This document shows positions 1-12,892 of a DNA stretch of 64,000 nt, piece by piece. The stretch spans positions 66,898,001 to 66,962,000 of the forward strand of contig OZ038379.1 of the NCBI GenBank assembly GCA_964036045.1, read 5' to 3'. Position numbers and translations under genes: made by a program. Position 1 is the stretch's first letter. Every line of letters begins with the position of its first letter. The stretch comes from Eutreptiella sp. 'Long Island Sound 2002'. Its lineage: Eukaryota > Protista > Euglenida. A model generated the notes under the pieces. That model was given only the letters and a program-made list of their open reading frames with translations. It was not told the origin of the DNA and searched no databases.

Positions 1-15
1 ATAGGAGCGCCCCGT

Positions 16-530
16 GGGAGGAATTGCACAATGCCCTCTCCGTGCCCCCACACGGCGGCAAATACATCCTAGTCCCTCCGGTCCTGCCTTGGCCATTTGG
101 GGGATAGGGACGCCTGTGGGAACAATTGCACGTTGCCCTCTTTGCCCCCCCAACATAGCAGTGGATATACCCGAGTCCCTCCGGTGCTGCTTGGGCCGTT
201 TTGGGGGACAGGGGCGCCCTGGGGGAGGAATTGCACGTTGCCCTCTCTGTTCTACCACAGAGTGGCGGATACACCCGAGTCCAGGCAGGACCGGAGGCAC
301 TCGGTTGTAACCGCCACTGTATGGGTGGTAGGAGGCCAAGCAGTAATCTCCGACGCCTCCCTCGGGGCGTCCCTATCCCCCGGACGGCCAAAGCATGACC
401 GGAGGGCGGCGGGTGTATCCGCCACTGTGTGGGGGAATGGACGGGGCAACTTGCAATTGCCTCGCGGGGTGTCCATAACCCCCAAACGGGCCAGGCAGGA
501 CCCGAGGGCCAGGGGATAGGGGCGTTCTCG
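16..530. repeat. ~103-bp degenerate unit, three direct copies followed by ~1.5 inverted copies
   Basis: GGGAGGAATTGCAC/GGGAACAATTGCAC starts at 16, 118 and 223, each followed by GTTGCCCTCT...GTGG(C)GGATA(C)ACCCG. The reverse complement of the unit (CGGGTGTATCCGCCACTGTG...GCAACTTGCAATTGCC) lies at ~405-462. Confidence 0.75.
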
Positions 531-799
531 TGAGGGACGGGCAAGGTCTGCGGGCCTTCCCTCCCTCCACGCAGCAGCAGATGTTATCGAGACCCTGAGG
601 TCCGCCCCGGTCCCTTCGGGTGCTGGAGGTGCCCGTGGGGGTCGTGGATGAGAGAATTACCGGCCCATCCACACAAGCGTCGCAATGGGGGCTCCAGAGG
701 AAGGACCCTAGCGTCACATCCCTACAGGGCGACCCGGGGGCCGGCACGGCCGGGAGAGAGCAGGGGGGGCGGTCACACCACCTAATGTCTGGGCGTCGT

Positions 800-3700
800 A
801 CGATCCTGTGACCATCACGGTAAGGCATACCCCGGGGGGGGTCAAGATGACCCCCATGGAGGTGATAGCGGTGATCACCCTCAACGCAGGGCCCAACGCA
901 GGGCGTCCGGTACCTCCTCCGGCCGCCCTCGGGCGACCTCGGGAAGTGAGTCCGCGGCGGCCTGGAGCAGCGCCTTGTCGCTGGCCACCGACTAGCTTTC
1001 TCGCAGACGCTGGTGTGCGGCCGATTGCCCGTGCTGGATAGCGTCCAGCAACGGGGTGTCCCGGTAGTCGGGTTCCCCGGGGAAGGCCAAGTCGATTGTT
1101 TGACTCATTTTGCGCTCTGTAGGTCCTGCAAAGAGAGGAGTACCCCGGTGCTCTACACCCCTCCCTATGCGGTGGAGGGCGGCAGACCGGAACGCGGACC
1201 CAATGAACGTCCCCTAACGATAACTACTCCTCGTCACCCAAGAGGGTGCGGGGGGGACGCCCACATGGGGCGGCCCGCCCCGCACCGAGTGGTCTACAGT
1301 TCACCGGAAGCCGCTGCCTGCATATTCCTCTAAGCAGGGGGATGGCGTCGAAGGCGCCTGAGCCCCCCGCATGGTAGCCTCGTCCTCATACGATCCATGT
1401 AGGACCGGAGGGATCCATGGTCCCAGACGGCACCGGGGGACCAGGACGTTTTCCTCGGTGGCCGCTAGGGGGCCCCTGGTCGAGTATCTGGAGAATACCA
1501 TGCATCCACGTCACTCGGACCTGGCCCGCAGCGTCATCTCGGGGTGCGCCCCGTTCGACACCCTAAGGCCGCGGAGACGCTTGGCGCGGATGCTCAAGGT
1601 GGACAAAACCCTTGCCGAATCGCCTAGCGCGCCAGAGCTCCACCACAGCACCATCAACGCGGTATTGCGTCCCATAGCCCCATGCCTCTTCCCTGGCTGC
1701 CAAGCCGACTAGGATCGCCTCGGGGCCAAGGACCAAATACGGCTTCTTTCGGCCATGTCCAAACGGCCTACGGAATTCGTGCATCACATGTCCGGCACCG
1801 GGAACGAATTATGGGCTGGGCTTAGGGTATGGGCTTCCCGGCAAGTGGGCGGCGCTAGCGTGGGGGTACCGGTAACCCAACTACCAAAGGGGTTACCAGA
1901 AATTCAGGACTGGCCCTTGGAGGTTCTCCGGGGCGCTTTCGAGGCCTCCATCGTACCAATTACCACGGTAGAGGCTATGGGGGAATTGCCGGGCGATATC
2001 ACGCCTTCGTGGGCCTCTGCCCCCGTTCTGGCACTTCTCGCTAGTCGAAGCGGCGAGCCCCCCCTCTCCGCGATGTCCTCAATGCGGGTCTCCTCCCGGG
2101 CCGGAGGAAGTGCAGTCACGGATGACAACTCCGGCCCGGTAGGCGTGGACACCCCGCCGGTGGTGGACGCGGACACTGGAGGGGACGTCGACCCCACGCA
2201 AACCTTCGCGAACGTGGACGGGGTGGACCCTTCGGTCACAGACCCATGGCGAGCTATGGAAGCTCCCACACACCCTCCGACCATGCTCGCCCTTACTTTT
2301 CCGGAGGGGGGAACCTTGCCCCCCCTTGAGGGAAAGTCTCCATTGGGGGATTCGCCCTCTAATCCTCCGGGGGTCAACCACACCATCCAATTTGGGGCCA
2401 ACTCCGTTTTCGAATGCAACGCGGACACCCCGATAGGCGGACCTCTGGAGGACTCTCCCACCCCATTGGCGATACCAATTCCCGGGGGGTCACCGCAAGG
2501 GGACGTCCCCATGCCGACAACTCGTCAAACACCCAACATGGCCGACGGCCAAGGAGCTCAGGTCAGCATGGAGACTACACCGAGGCTCTCCGACCACCCA
2601 GACCAAATGTGGGTCACCCCGAATACCACGGGGGCCCCCCAAGCTCCCCCCTTGGGGATTCACATGTGCGTTGCCGCGCAGGCCCCACGAGGATGCGCTC
2701 ACATGGGACGCGGCAGGGGCACCTTTCCGTCCGGCAGCCCCGACGTGGGGATGGCTCCGCCCGACAGGGCTCAACAGCCCCCCCTGCCCGGGGTTTTGCC
2801 GGGTGGACCACCCCCGGGGCGGCCCTCTCGCTGGAAACCTCGGAGACTATCACCGCCCGGGGGGGCCGGATATTGGATGTCAAATCCCGGCGGACGAAGG
2901 TCGTGGTCCTTCCCCGTGGGATAGCCGCCGGGTTCAGGATTTGGAACGCAACCTAGAGGACGCACAGGCCACTTGCCAGGCTCCGTCGTCCGAGCAGGAG
3001 TGCCGCACGCAGGAGGTGCTGCGGGCTTGGGCGGATTTGCGTCGCGCGGAGACAGACCTCTCCGCTATGTGGTGGGACCAGACAACGGTTAGTGGGGACC
3101 TGGTGCGGCAAAGGTCCCGCACTAGTTCCCTCAAAGAGGCAGGCAACCTCCTCCGTCGGCAACTTGCCGACGCCCAACGGGCTGCGCGCGACGTGGCAGG
3201 GGTGGTCGACAAACGCCTTAACGGCACCTTCCGCCATCCTCGAGGACGGGATGAGCGCGTCTCCCAGCCCACGGTGGAGCAGGGCTTGAGGCGTTGGGTC
3301 CCCGCGGGTACGGGCCGCCCTGTACGGCCAACCCCAATTTCAGGGAAATCTGCGCGACTCTCATTTGCGCCGCGGTCCTCCGTGTGGACCCCACGCCCTC
3401 CCTGGAGATCCTATCGCACCGCCTGCGGGTCACGGCACAGCCCATCCTCCGCTTCCCGACGGAGGCCGTGGGACAGGGGCCCCAGCGCGGGGTGTCCGCG
3501 GGTTCGCAGCCCTCGGGTCTAGCCCAAGCTCCGTGCGAGGCGTAGGTGGCCACACCATCGGCCCCGGGACCGCACACCGGTGCGTTGACGGTACCCCCGG
3601 GAGCAGTCCCGGAGGGGACAGGACTCCATCCGCCACCGATCAGGCCGTGGTTGCCGCCGCCACTGCGGGACGGGATGGGCTCCGCTATCTACTGGTGCAC

Positions 3701-5730
3701 GTCAACAAGGTACCACAGGAGGTGCAGGCGGAGGAGGCCCTCAAGCTCTAGCTGCACCTGGCTATCAAGTCGGACCTCCCCCCGGAATTCCTGCAGAGCC
3801 ATGTGCGGAGCCGATACACGGCTCTGGGCAAGCTCTTGCCCACACGCCCGGAACTGGACCGATTGGTTGGGCAATTCACCCAGGAGCGCTAGCTGGCGCC
3901 CCCCGCCCCCCAGGACCTGGCGCCGGAATCCGAAGGCGCGGCCAAGGTGACGGCGGCTGCCAAGGCCAACCAGGCCGGCAGGACGCGCAAGCCCCCCGGG
4001 AAGGGCAAAGGCAGCACGGATTACGACACGTACTCCGTGGCCGTAATGGTTAAGTGGCACGTCAACACGCGCAACCCCCCAGAACCCATCTTCCCTATGT
4101 CCCCGGGGCGCCTGGGCATGGTCCCAAAAACGGCCTTCGGGGACTTCGGTGTGTCCTACATCAAGGACGAAGGGCAACTCTGCCACACGGAGGACGGGGG
4201 ATGGGCCATCATGGGCATGCGGCCCGTGGCGGCCCACGTCCTAGAGCGGAACGGTGGCGACTCAGACAAGCAGTTTAGCTACGAATGGTCCAAGGCCAAC
4301 CGCCAGCCATATGCAGGGGGCCACCTTGAGAAAAGCAACGCTATTGCCCAACGCCTCTGGAGCGGGACGGTCGATACGACGACCGGAGGCATACCGATTA
4401 CCGCTTACCAGCACGGGGAGAACCTAGTCGCCACTCACCGCAATGGCTCCCCCGGGAAGACGTAAGGGAACCGGAACGCCGGCACCACGAGCCGCACGGG
4501 GGCCATGGGGAACGGATGGCTTACCCTCTCCCGGAATGCCCCGAAATCTTCCCCTCCCCGGGGGCTCCCGGACGCCTCGGTGGCCGCTGGGTCGGGTGCT
4601 CCCAGGCCCTTTGGGCCCACCGTGGTCTCTAGACGGCGGAGCATGGCCTGTCTGGCTTTGGAGGCAGCTCCTGCACTGTGGACCGCCGCAAGTACCGCCC
4701 CAGCGCCTTGGCGTCGATATTGGCCGTAGCGTAGGAAGTGGAGTTGTTAGAGGCCGCCTTGAAAATCACACGCCCCCGGCTGTAGGCGGACCGGGGTACC
4801 CACCTCACGGAGCCCTCAGCCCCGGGAGGGTGTGTAACACCCCCCCCCCCCCCGCCGCCGAATATTTGTATTCAGTGGCCACCCGACACCTGGTATATGG
4901 CCATGTGGGCCGCCCATTGCTGTAGGATGGCAGGCAGGCGCCAGTCGCCCTAGAAGAGAGACACGTGCCCCAACGCGGGGTGCAGACCACGCAAGTTCTC
5001 CAGCGTTGCGGCGATGTCACGGACGCCTTGCAAAGCATTCGAAACGTTGAATACGATCCCCCACTGAGCTACGGGCCGACCCGGGCACACGGAGTCGCGG
5101 GGGGCACATCTTGGCCATGGTGGTCTATTTACCGGCGAACCAGGACGTGGACGTGGTGCGTAGCCTCCTCGCGTGGGTATGGCCCCCCGCCGAGGGGTGT
5201 ATACCCTAATGCTAGGGGATCTCAACGCCAACCGAGGGTGGGCGATGGGATTCCGGAAGGCCCCGGCTGCCCTTTCCGTCCTATGGGAGGATTTCCTACA
5301 GGACACTGGCTAGTGCGCCAACTACGGGATATGTTGCTGGCAACGTTGCGCATGGCCGCTTACCAGCCGCGGGTCACATACCACCCATTGGGGCTCGCCC
5401 TTCGACCCTATCTCTAAACCCAACGACACACCACGCCCCAGTTACGTTCCCGGGAACAGGGCTGAAGGGGTTCGAGGGTACAGGTCCAACCACGGACAAC
5501 TCTGGTAGGAGTGCTGTGCGACGAGGGGGGGGGGGATGAGGCTACGGACCAAGCCCCCAAGACCTGCCGGCCAAACGCCGCCCAGTCGGTAGTACCTGGC
5601 GGGCTAAGGGGCCACACCCGTGAGACTGCGTTCCTCTTCCCATGGGGGGCTGGCGGATCGTGCCGGAAGTGGTGTCGGCGCTCTGCCTCACCCCCTAGCG
5701 CCATGCCCCTGAGGGGTTCCAGCAGCGTGT
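800..5730 (+). pseudogene. Long decayed ORF of unknown function, probably from a mobile element; includes a coiled-coil segment
   Basis: Track ORFs chain in frame across single stops: 1371-1712 + 1755-2924 (same frame), 3365-3751 + 3752-3889 + 3947-4465 + 4505-4729 (same frame), 4443-4925 + 4965-5417 (same frame). Coiled coil QDLERNLEDAQ...LRRQLADAQRAARD at ~2935-3200. No RT, integrase, recombinase or DDE motif recognised. Confidence 0.5.
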
Positions 5731-5933
5731 AAGGAGGTAGTGTGTGCACGTTGTGTGGGCCTGGGGACAAGGGGAGGAGACGAAGAGGAGAGCCGCCGCC
5801 ATGATGCTTACCCGGACGGGTCGGGACAGAGACCCCCCTCTCGGTCGCGTTCACACCATTGCGGGCTGGCGGGCACCATGGGGATGTGCCGCGGGTGCGC
5901 CCTACCGGGGGACCGCATCTCCTCCTCCTCCTC

Positions 5934-8900
5934 GTTGTCCCATTTTGGCGCACACCTCTTTGGGCTTCTTCTTGCAGCTTACCGTAGCCAAGTGTGCCCA
6001 GGTATGGGGGTCTAGGCGTCCGTTTGGGCAATTTTTGAAGGGTGAAAACCACCAAAAGTGGGTGGTTGCAGGTGGTCTAGGTGCCCCCAAAATCGAGTTA
6101 TGAGCCACGTAGCCCAAGAGTTGGCCTATTGTTGGTTTGAAGGTGACAACAGCCAATGTGCACAAATTCTAGGGCTTTTGGGGGCCATTTGGGGGCGTTT
6201 CTTGGACATGTAGTGGAGTGAAAGGGGCTTGCGGGTGCTCTTTGACATGGGGAAGTCAAGGTGCGCGTCGGGTGTAGCCACCATTTCCCTTCTATTGACC
6301 GTTTTGAATTGATTGTAGAGTGGTTTTGGGCAAAAAGGGGTGTTTTTGGCCCTAATTTGTAGTTTTTGAAACGGAGGTCTGCCACTTGCGATGCCCTGTC
6401 CGGGCCGCCACCGTTGAGTTTTTGCCTTACTCTTTGTGTGATTTTTCTTCAGACCCATAGGTATAATCCTCCAAAATTTCAGCCTACTTCGAATCACTAG
6501 GACAGAGCTGTGACCTTTGCTCATTACGCGCATGTTGGCTGCTTGCTTGCTTGCTTGCTAAGCGTGGTAGGTCCACCCTAGACCCTAAAGAGGGTTGTGA
6601 AACCAAGACGGATTCCATCACCTTGGTGACCCTAATCAAGACCGAATATTGGGGCCGAGCTGGTGGGGGAGGGAACATCAGCTATGACTGGTGAGGGACA
6701 TCAAGAATGATTCACACATTGATGGATCTTGACAAAGTGAAATCAGCTTGCAAGTGAACCCCATCACCACGAGGCCCCCTTTCAAGGCTTGTTGGACTTC
6801 TGAGGGGCCAAAATGCCCCAAAATGGGCTCCAAATGGGCTCATTTCACCCGTTTTTGCACCCCAAATGGTCTGGGATGAGGTTTGAAAAAGCGCGTTTTT
6901 GACCCATTTTTGACCCATTTTTTGTCCCAAAACAGCCCATTTTCAAGGCATTTTGGGATTTTCGGAGGACCAAAATGGGCCACCCCAAGCTCAAAACGGT
7001 CCAAAAACACTTGTTTTAGCGTCGCACATGGTCTAGGATCATTTTTAAGAAAAGGCATCTTTTTGCCCCTACTGGACCCTGTTGACCCATTTGGGCACCC
7101 ACATGTTTGGGCTTGAGCTTGTAGGTTGCCGCAGCCTAGTGGGCCTAGGTATGGGGGTCTAAGTGTGCGTTTGGGCAATTGTGAGGGGTGGAAACCACAA
7201 AAAGTGGGGGGTTGTGGGTGGAGTAGGTGCCCTCGGAATCACATTTTGAGCCATGTAGCCAAAGATATGGCCTATTCTTGGTTTGTGGCTATCGGCATTT
7301 GCAGCTTCTGGGGGCCTTTTTGGGCCATTTCCGGGACATATCATGGAGTTAGAGGGCCGCAAACAGCTCGTTGACACGGGGAAGTCAAGCCGCACATGGA
7401 GTGTACCCACGGTTTCCCTTCGTTTGGCCGTTTTGAATGTGTTCCGGGGCTTTTTTGGCCCAAAAATGGCTTTTTTCTGGCCCTAAACTGCAATTTTTGA
7501 AACTGAGGTGCGCCACTTGCGAATCCCGTTCCCGGCCGCCACCGTTGAGTTTCTTGCTCAAACTTTGTGTGATTGTACTTCACACCCATAGGTATCATTC
7601 ATCAAAATTTCACCTGAATCCAAAGCACCAAGACAGAGTTCTGATTTTTACCCATTTCGCGTGTGCTGCTGCTTGCTTGCTGCTTGCTTGCTGCTTGTTT
7701 GCTGCTACTAAACCTGGTAGGTCCACCCTAGACACTAAAAAGGGTCGTAAAACCAAGACTGGTTCCACCAACTCGGTGACCCTAACCCTAACTTGTGGTC
7801 ACGTGTGGTCCCAAAATGGCCATGTTCAAGGCTCTTTTGGACTTGGGTGGGGCCAAAATTGCTCAAAATGTGCTCAAAATAGGCCCATTTCACTTGTTTG
7901 TGCACCCCAAATGGTCCAAGATTTTTTTTGGAAAACATGTTTTTTCACCCGTTTTGGGACCCAAAATAGCCGATTTTCAAGGCATTTTGTGACTTTAGAG
8001 GGGCCACAGTGGCTTAAAATGGGTTGAAAATAGGCTCATTTCACTTGTTTGGGCACCCCAAATGCTCCGGGATCATTTTTGGAAAAACACATTTTTGACC
8101 CATTTTTTGATCCCAAAAAAACCCATTTTCAATGCATTTGTGGATTTTCAAATGGCCAAAACGCGCCACTAGAGGCTCAAAATGCGTCAAAAACACTTGT
8201 TTTGGCATCCCAGGTGGTGTAGGATCATTTTTGAAGAAAGTTGTTTCCTTGCACCCAGTGGACCTTGTTGTCCCATTTTGGCGCACACCTCTTTGGGCTT
8301 CTTCTTGCAGCTTACCGTAGCCAAGTGTGCCCAGGTATGGGGGTCTAGGCGTCCGTTTGGGCAATTTTTGAAGGGTGAAAACCACCAAAAGTGGGTGGTT
8401 GCAGGTGGTCTAGGTGCCCCCAAAATCGAGTTATGAGCCACGTAGCCCAAGAGTTGGCCTATTGTTGGTTTGAAGGTGACAACAGCCAATGTGCACAAAT
8501 TCTAGGGCTTTTGGGGGCCATTTGGGGGCGTTTCTTGGACATGTAGTGGAGTGAAAGGGGCTTGCGGGTGCTCTTTGACATGGGGAAGTCAAGGTGCGCG
8601 TCGGGTGTAGCCACCATTTCCCTTCTATTGACCGTTTTGAATTGATTGTAGAGTGGTTTTGGGCAAAAAGGGGTGTTTTTGGCCCTAATTTGTAGTTTTT
8701 GAAACGGAGGTCTGCCACTTGCGATGCCCTGTCCGGGCCGCCACCGTTGAGTTTTTGCCTTACTCTTTGTGTGATTTTTCTTCAGACCCATAGGTATAAT
8801 CCTCCAAAATTTCAGCCTACTTTGAATCACTAGGACAGAGCTGTGACTTTTGCCCATTACGCGCATGTTGGCTGCTTGCTTGCTTGCTTGCTAAGCGTGG

Positions 8901-11400
8901 TAGGTCCACCCTAGACCCTAAAGAGGGTTATGAAACCAAGACGGATTCCATCACCTTGGTGACCCTAATCAAGACCGAATATTGGGGCCGAGCTGGTGGG
9001 GGAGGGAACATCAGCTATGACTGGTGAGGGACATCAAGAATGATTCACACATTGATGGATCTTGACAAAGTGAAATCAGCTTGCAAGTGAACCCCGTCAC
9101 CACGAGGCCCACTTTCAAGGCTTGTTGGACTTCTGAGGGGCCAAAATGCCCCAAAATGGGCTCCAAATGGGCTCATTTCACCCGTTTTTGCACCCCAAAT
9201 GGTCTGGGATGAGGTTTGAAAAAGCGCGTTTTTGACCCATTTTTGACCCATTTTTTGTCCCAAAACAGCCCATTTTCAAGGCATTTTGGGATTTTCGGAG
9301 GACCAAAATGGGCCACCCCAAGCTCAAAACGGTCCAAAAACACTTGTTTTAGCGTCGCACATGGTCTAGGATCATTTTTAAGAAAAGGCATCTTTTTGCC
9401 CCTACTGGACCCTGTTGACCCATTTGGGCACCCACATGTTTGGGCTTGAGCTTGTAGGTTGCCGCAGCCTAGTGGGCCTAGGTATGGGGGTCTAAGTGTG
9501 CGTTTGGGCAATTGTGAGGGGTGGAAACCACAAAAAGTGGGGGGTTGTGGGTGGAGTAGGTGCCCTCGGAATCACATTTTGAGCCATGCAGCCAAAGATA
9601 TGGCCTATTCTTGGTTTGTGGCTATCGGCATTTGCAGCTTCTGGGGGCCTTTTTGGGCCATTTCCGGGACATATCATGGAGTTAGAGGGCCGCAAACAGC
9701 TCGTTGACACGGGGAAGTCAAGCCGCACATGGAGTGTACCCACGGTTTCCCTTCGTTTGGCCGTTTTGAATGTGTTCCGGGGCTTTTTTGGCCCAAAAAT
9801 GGCTTTTTTCTGGCCCTAAACTGCAATTTTTGAAACTGAGGTGCGCCACTTGCGAATCCCGTTCCCGGCCGCCACCGTTGAGTTTCTTGCTCAAACTTTG
9901 TGTGATTGTACTTCACACCCATAGGTATCATTCATCAAAATTTCACCTGAATCCAAAGCACCAAGACAGAGATCTGATTTTTACCCATTTCGCGCGTGCT
10001 GCTGCTTGCTTGCTGCTTGCTTGCTGCTTGTTTGCTGCTACTAAACCTGGTAGGTCCACCCTAGACACTAAAAAGGGTCGTAAAACCAAGACTGGTTCCA
10101 CCAACTCGGTGACCCTAACCCTAACTTGTGGTCACGTGTGGTCCCAAAATGGCCATGTTCAAGGCTCTTTTGGACTTGGGTGGGGCCAAAATTGCTCAAA
10201 ATGTGCTCAAAATAGGCCCATTTCACTTGTTTGTGCACCCCAAATGGTCCAAGATTTTTTTTGGAAAACATGTTTTTTCACCCGTTTTGGGACCCAAAAT
10301 AGCCGATTTTCAAGGCATTTTGTGACTTTAGAGGGGCCACAGTGGCTTAAAATGGGTTGAAAATAGGCTCATTTCACTTGTTTGGGCACCCCAAATGCTC
10401 CGGGATCATTTTTGGAAAAACACATTTTTGACCCATTTTTTGATCCCAAAAAAACCCATTTTCAATGCATTTGTGGATTTTCAAATGGCCAAAACGCGCC
10501 ACTAGAGGCTCAAAATGCGTCAAAAACACTTGTTTTGGCATCCCAGGTGGTCTAGGATCATTTTTGAAGAAAGTTGTTTCCTTGCACCCAGTGGACCTTG
10601 TTGTCCCATTTTGGCGCACACCTCTTTGGGCTTCTTCTTGCAGCTTACCGTAGCCAAGTGTGCCCAGGTATGGGGGTCTAGGCGTCCGTTTGGGCAATTT
10701 TTGAAGGGTGAAAACCACCAAAAGTGGGTGGTTGCAGGTGGTCTAGGTGCCCCCAAAATCGAGTTATGAGCCACGTAGCCGAAGAGTTGGCCTACCTTGG
10801 TTTGAAGGTGACAACAGCCAATGTGCACAAATTCTAGGGCTTTTGGGGGCCATTTGGGGGCGTTTCTTGGACATATAGTGGGGTGAAAGGGGCTCGCGGG
10901 GGCTCTTTGACATGGGGAAGTCAAGGTGCGCATGGAGTGTAGCCACCATTTCCTTCTATTGACCGTTTTGAATTGATTGTAGAGTGGTTTTGGGCAAAAA
11001 GGGGTGTTTTTGGCCCTAATTTGTAGTTTTTGAAACGGAGGTCTGCCACTTGCGACACCCGTTCGCGGCCTCCACCGTTGACTTCTTTGGTCTGCCACTT
11101 GCAATGCCCTGTCTGGGCCGCCACCGTTGAGTTTTCGGCTCACTCTTTGTGTGATTTATCTTCACACCCATAGGCATAATACACCAAAATTTCACCCTAA
11201 TTTAAATCACGAGGACAGAGCTGTGACTTTTGCCCATTTCGCGCGTGCTTGTTACTGCTTGCTTGCTTGTTTGCCTCCTGCTTGATGCCAAACTTGTCGG
11301 GTTCCCCCTAGACCCTAAAGAGGGTCATAAAATCAAGACGGGTTCCATCACCTCGGTGACTCTAACCTGAGCCCTAACCCTCGCTCTGGCCTTATCCCTA
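5934..11400. repeat. 2333-bp higher-order tandem repeat (A ~1147 bp + B ~1186 bp): A1 B1 A2 B2 A3 (last copy diverged)
   Basis: GTTGTCCCATTTTGGCGCACAC at 5934, 8267 and 10600. Track ORFs recur at an exact +2333 offset (6098/8431/10764; 7437/9770). Related monomer start GTTGACCCATTTGGGCACCCAC at 7081 and 9414. Each monomer has a (GCTT)n-type microsatellite and a GACCCTAA(CCCTAA) motif. Confidence 0.97.
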
Positions 11401-12720
11401 GGCTTGGGTCACAATTAGTGTTCGGGTCCAAAAAGGAGAGCAATGAAGTGGCAAAACGCAGCCATGAACAGCCGAATCAACATGGCCGGCGTGGCTGAAT
11501 TAGGTCGCTGCAAAGATTAGGGTTAGGTTTACGGTGATAGTATGGTTCGAGGGTGAGCAAGACGAGGTAGGGGGGGGCTGTGATTGATCAACGCTTGGTG
11601 TTGGGGGCATGTAGCCCCCCCCCCCAAATTGCCCCACCTGGACCCCCCCCCCCACCAACCCTCCCAGACACCCCCCCCCCCGAAAGCCCCTCCCAAACCC
11701 ATCCCCATCATCTCTCCCAGAACCCCCCCCCCCCTACCCCGAGGCCGGTGCCAGCACCGGGACCTCACAAGACCGCGTACGGGAGACAGGCGCGGCCAAC
11801 ATGCAGGTAGTGCCCCCCCCCCCCCCCCGGGGCCCACCAACGGGTCAAGAAAGGGCCAGGTGCGGCCAAGCCGTGTGACCCGACGTGCCTCGCAGCCCCC
11901 ACCCGCGCGCCCACCATACACACTAACGCGCGCGCCCACACACACAGGCACGGCGGCATCTCCCTCCCGCGTGTGCCTCCGCGGGGTACGGGGGCCGTCA
12001 GCAGTCCGGTAGGCCTTGTGACCGGACAGCCGGGAGTCGTCCGGCCCAATCACGCGGCGCAGGTAAGGATGCGCGCGGGGGGTATGGCCGTCCGGGGGAG
12101 GCCTTCACCCAACCCAACCCAAACCCCCCCGAGGGGGCCTACGGCCAAGGTTAGTGGGGGGTCAATTGGTGTCCAAACTCATGGACCAAGGAGTCGGTCC
12201 CCCCATGCTCAAGAGACTGGACCCAGAAACCGTTTTTGCGGTGATACTCATGGCATCTGCCCCATGCTTTCCATCTACCTATGCCCCACCACCCTGTTGC
12301 CCGGCCCCACCTCAACCAGCTTTCCTTTGATGTGGATTGCCCCCTCTTGTCGATCTTGTTAGGTAGTGCACCCAGACTACATTTTATTGTAGCTGGGTTT
12401 GGTGGAATTCTTTTGGGCCTGGGGGCTGGGGATGGAGGTTTGAGGGCTATACACCTCTCGTCGCGTACGATGGTGCGGGAAAATCAGTTTGAAGTGAGTT
12501 TGTTAGATCAAGCGCAGGCGCGGCGTCGTATTCCCCCCTTTTGGGGGCTCATTCGCGTACCCAATAGCACAATCCCCAATGGATTTTTTGATTCTGAGCC
12601 CTTTATCCCCTAAAACTGGATATCACTTTTTTGAGTGGGGGGGGGGGGGCTGGGGGGGGGGGTCAAAAGTTTTCGCTCAGAAGGCTCCAAGCAGTGGGGA
12701 GGCATGTCGCTGTCACATCA

Positions 12721-12790
12721 AGCTCCGGTCGAATGGTAAAGCAGCTTGCTGCAGGGTTTTAGGTCGGCGGTTCGAATCCAGGTCGGTTGA
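12721..12790 (+). pseudogene. tRNA-Cys(GCA)-like degenerate head
   Basis: A-box-like CGGTCGAATGG, anticodon loop CTGCAGG, B-box GGTTCGAATCC; acceptor and T stems do not pair well. Confidence 0.6.
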
Positions 12791-12819
12791 CCGTCGTCGG
12801 CGGCGCCGCGGCACCATGT

Positions 12820-12892
12820 TCGCCCGACCGGGATTTGAACCGCCGACCAAAAAGTCTGCGGTCGGCTGCATTACCATTCGGCCAAGGCTGGC
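12820..12892 (-). pseudogene. tRNA-Cys(GCA)-like degenerate head
   Basis: Minus strand reads TGGCCGAATGGTAATGCAGCCGACCGCAGACTTTTTGGTCGGCGGTTCAAATCCCGG: A-box, CCGCAGA loop, B-box GGTTCAAATCC; stems imperfect. Confidence 0.62.

Noticed and set aside
7775-7795. Telomeric (CCCTAA)n
   Set aside because: Only 1-2 units per monomer, embedded in the repeat; not a telomere or an interstitial telomeric array.
5934-11143. Many 60-200-aa ORFs in the 2333-bp repeat
   Set aside because: They occur on both strands, overlap, lack any motif and simply recur with the repeat period.
12721-12892. Functional tRNA-Cys genes
   Set aside because: Acceptor and T stems do not pair; treated as tRNA-derived. The same applies to 14011-14096 and 53174-53247.
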